The notes beneath the pieces are model-generated. The model ran no database searches and was not told where the DNA came from. It saw nothing but the letters and a program-made list of their open reading frames with translations. A DNA stretch of 64,000 bases. It comes from Mycobacteriales bacterium. Its GTDB lineage: Bacteria; Actinomycetota; Actinomycetes; JAFAQI01. Position 1 is the stretch's first letter, and every line of letters starts with the position of its first letter. Both the position numbers and the translations under genes were made by a program. The stretch covers positions 9,527 to 73,526 of the forward strand of contig DATAUK010000015.1 of the NCBI GenBank assembly GCA_036268295.1, read 5' to 3'. Of this stretch, positions 59,836 to 64,000 are shown one piece after another.

Positions 59836-59854
59836 TGAGGTATGGCTTACCTTA
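59836..59854. promoter_or_regulatory. IdeR/DtxR iron box
   Basis: TGAGGTATGGCTTACCTTA matches TWAGGTWAGSCTWACCTWA at 17 of 19 positions, 22 nt upstream of the iron-binding protein start. Confidence 0.85.
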
Positions 59855-59960
59855 CCTAGCCCGGTTCGCCAGCCGCAACCCGGGTCACGGCGATGACCGC
59901 TCTATGGTCGATCGGGGTTTCCTTGATCGACCGACAGGAGTTACGCCGTTGCGCGACACC

Positions 59961-62492
59961 ATGACGCGTACGACGATTTGTCTGCTCGCCGCGGCGGCCA
60001 CGCTTGCCGTCGCCGGGTGCAGCGGCGGTTCCCATTCGCCGACGTCGCCGCCGACCGCGCGAAGCGCGACGCCGCCCGCTCACGCCGCCGCTCCGATCGT
60101 GGCCGGTGGGTCGCCGAACGGCGGCCGGGCGTGCGGGGCCGGTCATTTCCGGCTTGAATCGTTGCCGACGGCGTCGCGCCAGGCCCATCGGCTGCTCGCA
60201 CGGATGACCCTGAAGCAGGAGGTCGTCCTGATGCGCGGCGCCGGTCTGAACGGCGGCACCGCCGGCACCTCGGGCTCGACCGAGCCGATCCCGGCGTTGA
60301 AGGTCCCGGCATTGACCCAGAACGACGGGCCGGCCGGTGTCGGTGATGCTGACACCGGGGTGACGCAGCTACCGGCGCCGATCGCTCTCGCCGCGACCTT
60401 CGATCCGGCAGCTGCTCGCTGCTACGGCAAGGTCATCGGGTCCGAGGCGCGCGCCAAGGGGATCGAGATGACCTACGGCCCTACCGTCAACCTGGTCCGG
60501 GTGCCGCAATGGGGGCGGGCCTACGAAAGCCTCGGCGAGGATCCGCATCTGTCGGGCACCCTCGCGGCGGCCGAGGTTGGCGGGATGCAGGGCGCCGGCG
60601 AGATGGCGCAGGTCAAGCATTTCGCCGTCTACAACCAGGAGACCTACCGCAACACCCCCGCCGACGACGTGATCGTGGCCCAGCGAACACTGCAGGAGAT
60701 CTACCTCAAACTGTGGCGGGAGATCGTCGCGGCGCAGCCGGCCTCGGTCATGTGTGCCTATTCCACGATCAACGGCCAGCCGGCGTGCCAGGACGCCGCG
60801 CTCCTGCACGGCTTTCTCGATCAGCAGCTGGGCTTTACCGGCTTTGTCGGCTCCGACTACAACAGCACGCACTCGACCGTCGCCGCCGCCAACGCCGGCC
60901 TCGACCAGGAGCAGCCGACGCCGGTGTATTTCGGCAAGGCGCTGCTCGCCGCGGTCAGTAGCGGGCGAGTCGCCCGTAGCGTCGTCGATCAGGCCGCGAT
61001 GCGGGTCCTCACCGAGATGTATCGGTTCCGGCTGTTCACCGACGCACCGCCGGCCCGGCCGCATGCCGAGGTCGAGACCGCCGCCGATGTCGGCGTGGCA
61101 CGAACGATCGCCGAGCAAGGAACCGTCCTGCTCAAGAACAGTGCCGGCGCGTTGCCGCTCGCTGCGACCGGGTCGATCGCGGTCATCGGCCCGGCGGCTA
61201 CCGGGGCGACCGCGACCTCGGGAGCCGGCTCGACCGCGGTGATCTCACCCGGCACGGTCACCCCGCTTCGCGGCCTGCAGAGCGCAGCGCCGCCGGGGGT
61301 CGCGGTGAGCTACACCCAGGGTTTGCCCACCTCCGCCCAGCTCCGGCCGATCCCGGCCGGCGCGATGCGACCGGCGTACCCGCCGGCCGGCACCTCAGGG
61401 CGGTTCGCCGCCAGCGTGACCCCGCCGGCAACCGGCACCTACCTCTTCGGCTTCACCGCCACGACAATCGACGAGCCGGTGACGCTGGCTATCAACGGGG
61501 TGCCGCTGTTGACGAACCCGGGCGGTACGACGGCCTCGGTCTACAGCGCCGCGATCCAGCTGCAGGCCGGGCAGCGCTACAAGCTGACCTCCTCCGGGCC
61601 GTCGAACTTCTTGGAGTGGGCGACGCCGGCGATGATCGGCCCGCAGATCGCGGCAGCAGCAGCGGCCGCCGCGCATGCCCACACCGCGGTCGTGGTGGTC
61701 GCCGATAGCGAGGAGTCCGAGGGTGGCGACCGGGCGAACCTGACGCTGCCCTCGGCGCAGGATCAGTTGATCGACGCGGTCGCCGCCGCGAACCCGCGCA
61801 CGGTCGTTGTGGTCGAGGCGGGCGGTGCGGTGACGATGCCGTGGCTGTCGAAGGTCGATGCGGTCGTCGACCAGTGGTACTCCGGCGAAACCGATGGCAC
61901 CTCGCTGGCCGCGGTGGTCTTCGGCTCGGTCAACCCCTCGGGTCACCTGCCGGTGACCTTCCCGGCATCCTCAGCCGAGATCCCGATCGCGACCGCGCGG
62001 CAGTTCCCGGGCATCGCCGGCAAGGTCCGGTACACCGAGGGTCTCAACGTCGGCTACCGCTGGTGGATCGACACCGGGCACCGGCCGCTGTTCCCGTTCG
62101 GATTCGGCCTGTCCTATACGACCTTTCACTACGGTCACCCCGTCGCGCGGCTGGCCACCCAGGGCGGCCGGCCGCTCGTGACGGTCCGCGAAACGGTCAA
62201 GAACACCGGCACTCGCTCTGGTGCGGACGTCGCGCAGGTCTACCTCGGGATGCCGAAAGCGGTCGGTGAGCCGGCCCGCCAGCTCGAGGCCTACCGGCGG
62301 GTCAGCCTGCCGGCCGGCGGGTCGGCGACGGTGTTGTTCCGGTTGCAGGGCCTGCAGCTCGCCGCCTACCTGTCCGGTCACTGGGAGATCTCCGGCGGCG
62401 GCTATCGGGTGTACGTCGGTGACTCCTCGGCCAGAGCGCAGCTCAGCGCGCCGGTAACCGTGAGGTTGAGCCGCTCGTACCTGCTGCTGTGA
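59961..62492 (+). CDS. GH3 beta-glucosidase-like lipoprotein with PA14-like insertion and FN3-like C-terminus
   Basis: Lipobox VAGC; DGPAGV, WGRAYESLGEDP, KHFAVYNQE, MCAYS, GFVGSDY (nucleophile), ESEGGDR, PFGFGLSYTTF. Confidence 0.92.
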   Translation: MTRTTICLLAAAATLAVAGCSGGSHSPTSPPTARSATPPAHAAAPIVAGGSPNGGRACGAGHFRLESLPTASRQAHRLLARMTLKQEVVLMRGAGLNGGTAGTSGSTEPIPALKVPALTQNDGPAGVGDADTGVTQLPAPIALAATFDPAAARCYGKVIGSEARAKGIEMTYGPTVNLVRVPQWGRAYESLGEDPHLSGTLAAAEVGGMQGAGEMAQVKHFAVYNQETYRNTPADDVIVAQRTLQEIYLKLWREIVAAQPASVMCAYSTINGQPACQDAALLHGFLDQQLGFTGFVGSDYNSTHSTVAAANAGLDQEQPTPVYFGKALLAAVSSGRVARSVVDQAAMRVLTEMYRFRLFTDAPPARPHAEVETAADVGVARTIAEQGTVLLKNSAGALPLAATGSIAVIGPAATGATATSGAGSTAVISPGTVTPLRGLQSAAPPGVAVSYTQGLPTSAQLRPIPAGAMRPAYPPAGTSGRFAASVTPPATGTYLFGFTATTIDEPVTLAINGVPLLTNPGGTTASVYSAAIQLQAGQRYKLTSSGPSNFLEWATPAMIGPQIAAAAAAAAHAHTAVVVVADSEESEGGDRANLTLPSAQDQLIDAVAAANPRTVVVVEAGGAVTMPWLSKVDAVVDQWYSGETDGTSLAAVVFGSVNPSGHLPVTFPASSAEIPIATARQFPGIAGKVRYTEGLNVGYRWWIDTGHRPLFPFGFGLSYTTFHYGHPVARLATQGGRPLVTVRETVKNTGTRSGADVAQVYLGMPKAVGEPARQLEAYRRVSLPAGGSATVLFRLQGLQLAAYLSGHWEISGGGYRVYVGDSSARAQLSAPVTVRLSRSYLLL

Positions 62493-62496
62493 CCGG

Positions 62497-63123
62497 TCAC
62501 GGGTCGAGCGCTAGCCGAAGGCCGAACCCGACGAGGACGGCACCGGTGCACTTGTCGAGCAGGAATCGCACTCGCGGGCGCTGCATGCCGGCCATCAGCC
62601 GGTCGGCGAAGGCAAGGAAGACCACGAAATACAACGCCGTCTCGACGACGAACATCGCGCCGAACAGCAGCGTGATCGGCCCGATCGGCGCGCCGTGTGG
62701 GACGAACGCCGGCAGGAACGTCACGAAGAAGACGCCGACCTTCGGATTGAGCAGGTCGGTGGTGAGCCCGGCGACATAGCCGGTGCCGATGACGCCGCGT
62801 CGCCTCGCGCTATCGCTGGTGCCGGTTAGCTCCGCACTCGCCCCGCGCGAGCGAAACGCCTGGATCCCCAGGATGCAGAGGTAGACCGCGCCGGCCAGCC
62901 GCAGCGCCAAGTAGCCGTCGTGGCTTGCCCGCAGCAGCGCCGAGAGCCCGAGCACCGCGCAGCCGGCCCAGATCGTGAGGCCGGTGAGGACGCCTAGCAC
63001 GGTCCGTCGCGCCTGCGGCCGGCCGGCACGGATCAGTGAGCGCAGCACCACGAGAGTGTCGGGGCCGGGGAGTAGGACGATCAGTCCGGCCGCGGCGGCG
63101 AACCCGATGACAGCGATAACCAC
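62497..63123 (-). CDS. LysE family translocator
   Basis: LPGPDTLVV, GAVYLCILG, LLNPKVGVFF..FLPAF, GFGLRLA. Confidence 0.92.
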   Translation of the reverse strand: MVIAVIGFAAAAGLIVLLPGPDTLVVLRSLIRAGRPQARRTVLGVLTGLTIWAGCAVLGLSALLRASHDGYLALRLAGAVYLCILGIQAFRSRGASAELTGTSDSARRRGVIGTGYVAGLTTDLLNPKVGVFFVTFLPAFVPHGAPIGPITLLFGAMFVVETALYFVVFLAFADRLMAGMQRPRVRFLLDKCTGAVLVGFGLRLALDP

Positions 63124-63326
63124 GAGACCAGTCTGTCAGTCGCGAGCCCGAGACTGCCACGAGTTTCGGGTTACGGCCCGCCCTAAGGAGGTGGTGGGCA
63201 ATTGCGCCAAACGGGCCTAGCGTGCCACCCCAGCCGTGAATACTGTTTCCAGAGCGACCGTTGCCCAGCGTTCGCGCCTGACCGACGTTGCCCAACGGCG
63301 GTTTCTGATGGGCGCTGGAGCCTCTC

Positions 63327-64000
63327 GTGTGGCAGTTGCGCCGCTTCATACCGTCCCGTGTCGTCGTGGTTGCTGCCCTCTCCGGCGTTGCGGTGCTCGG
63401 CAGTGCGGCGAACGGTTTGGCGGCGTCGACGGCCAGCAGTCCGGTGAGCTCAACTCCGGCGGCCGGGACTCCTCGCCTGGTGACGACTGGCACGACGCAG
63501 CAGATCCGCCAGATCGTGCAATGCGGCTCGACGATGTACGCGGTCGGCACGATCACCGAGATCGCGTCGGGCAAGACCATCCTCAACCGCGGTGGCGGCT
63601 TCAGCTTCAGCGCCAGCGCGCCCTACAAGGTGACGAGTTGGAATCCGCAGGTCAACGGCACTGTCGACTCGATCGCGTTCAACGCCGGCAACTGCGCCGA
63701 TGCCTACCTGGGTGGCAAGTTCACCTCGGTCGATGGCACCGCAGTGAAGAACATCGCCGAGGTCAACACCGCGTCCGGGGCGGTCGTCCCGGCGTTCAAG
63801 TCCAACGCGAGTGCCGAGGTCTTCACGATCGTGGGCTGGCACGGACATCTGCTGGCCGGAGGCGCCTTCAAGTCGATCAACGGCAGTGCGGCCGATCCGT
63901 TCTTCACCAGCCTGAGCCCGGCGACCGGCAGGAACGACAATTACCTCGCGCTCGGGATCGCCGGCAACTACGTCTTCACCGACGACAGTCGCACTCCGGC
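63327..64000 (+). CDS. Secreted beta-propeller-like protein, 3' truncated by window edge (absent from the ORF track)
   Basis: GGAG RBS and GTG at 63327; signal-like N-terminus; repeats YAVG.IT, YLGGKFTSVDG, LAGGAFKSING; no stop before 64000. Confidence 0.75.
   Translation, partial: MWQLRRFIPSRVVVVAALSGVAVLGSAANGLAASTASSPVSSTPAAGTPRLVTTGTTQQIRQIVQCGSTMYAVGTITEIASGKTILNRGGGFSFSASAPYKVTSWNPQVNGTVDSIAFNAGNCADAYLGGKFTSVDGTAVKNIAEVNTASGAVVPAFKSNASAEVFTIVGWHGHLLAGGAFKSINGSAADPFFTSLSPATGRNDNYLALGIAGNYVFTDDSRTP

Overview
High-GC actinobacterial chromosome segment, probably from a soil lineage (the lineage is inference). A conserved backbone (tRNA-His, orn, tRNA-Arg(TCT), ssb paralog, ettA, glbO, HNH, ctaJ-like, DUF5130/ctaI-like, pepN, DsbA-like, rpiB) runs in the order known from the M. 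tuberculosis Rv2511 to Rv2465c region. Accessory blocks interrupt it: a sulfate ABC operon, a BlaI/M56 pair, a Liv-type ABC transporter with acyl-CoA-type enzymes, an IdeR-boxed Fe3+ ABC operon and several secreted proteins. The stand-out is a cell-surface block downstream of tRNA-Arg. It holds a TarS-like GT2 glycosyltransferase, a ~3490-aa LPFTG-anchored adhesin and a second LPxTG protein. The adhesin has a CshA-like head, a SpaA-like domain and 26 DUF7507/DUF11-type repeats, 25 of which carry a Lys-Glu/Asp-Asn isopeptide-like triad plus a Cys pair. Smaller observations are a 31-bp-period REP-like array with an inverted core, an unannotated 45-aa membrane protein, a CtaG paralog lacking the canonical His ligands, a nearly prodomain-less S1 protease and many probably leaderless genes. 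No integrase, transposase, CRISPR array or rRNA was seen. All family assignments come from motif recognition, not database searches.
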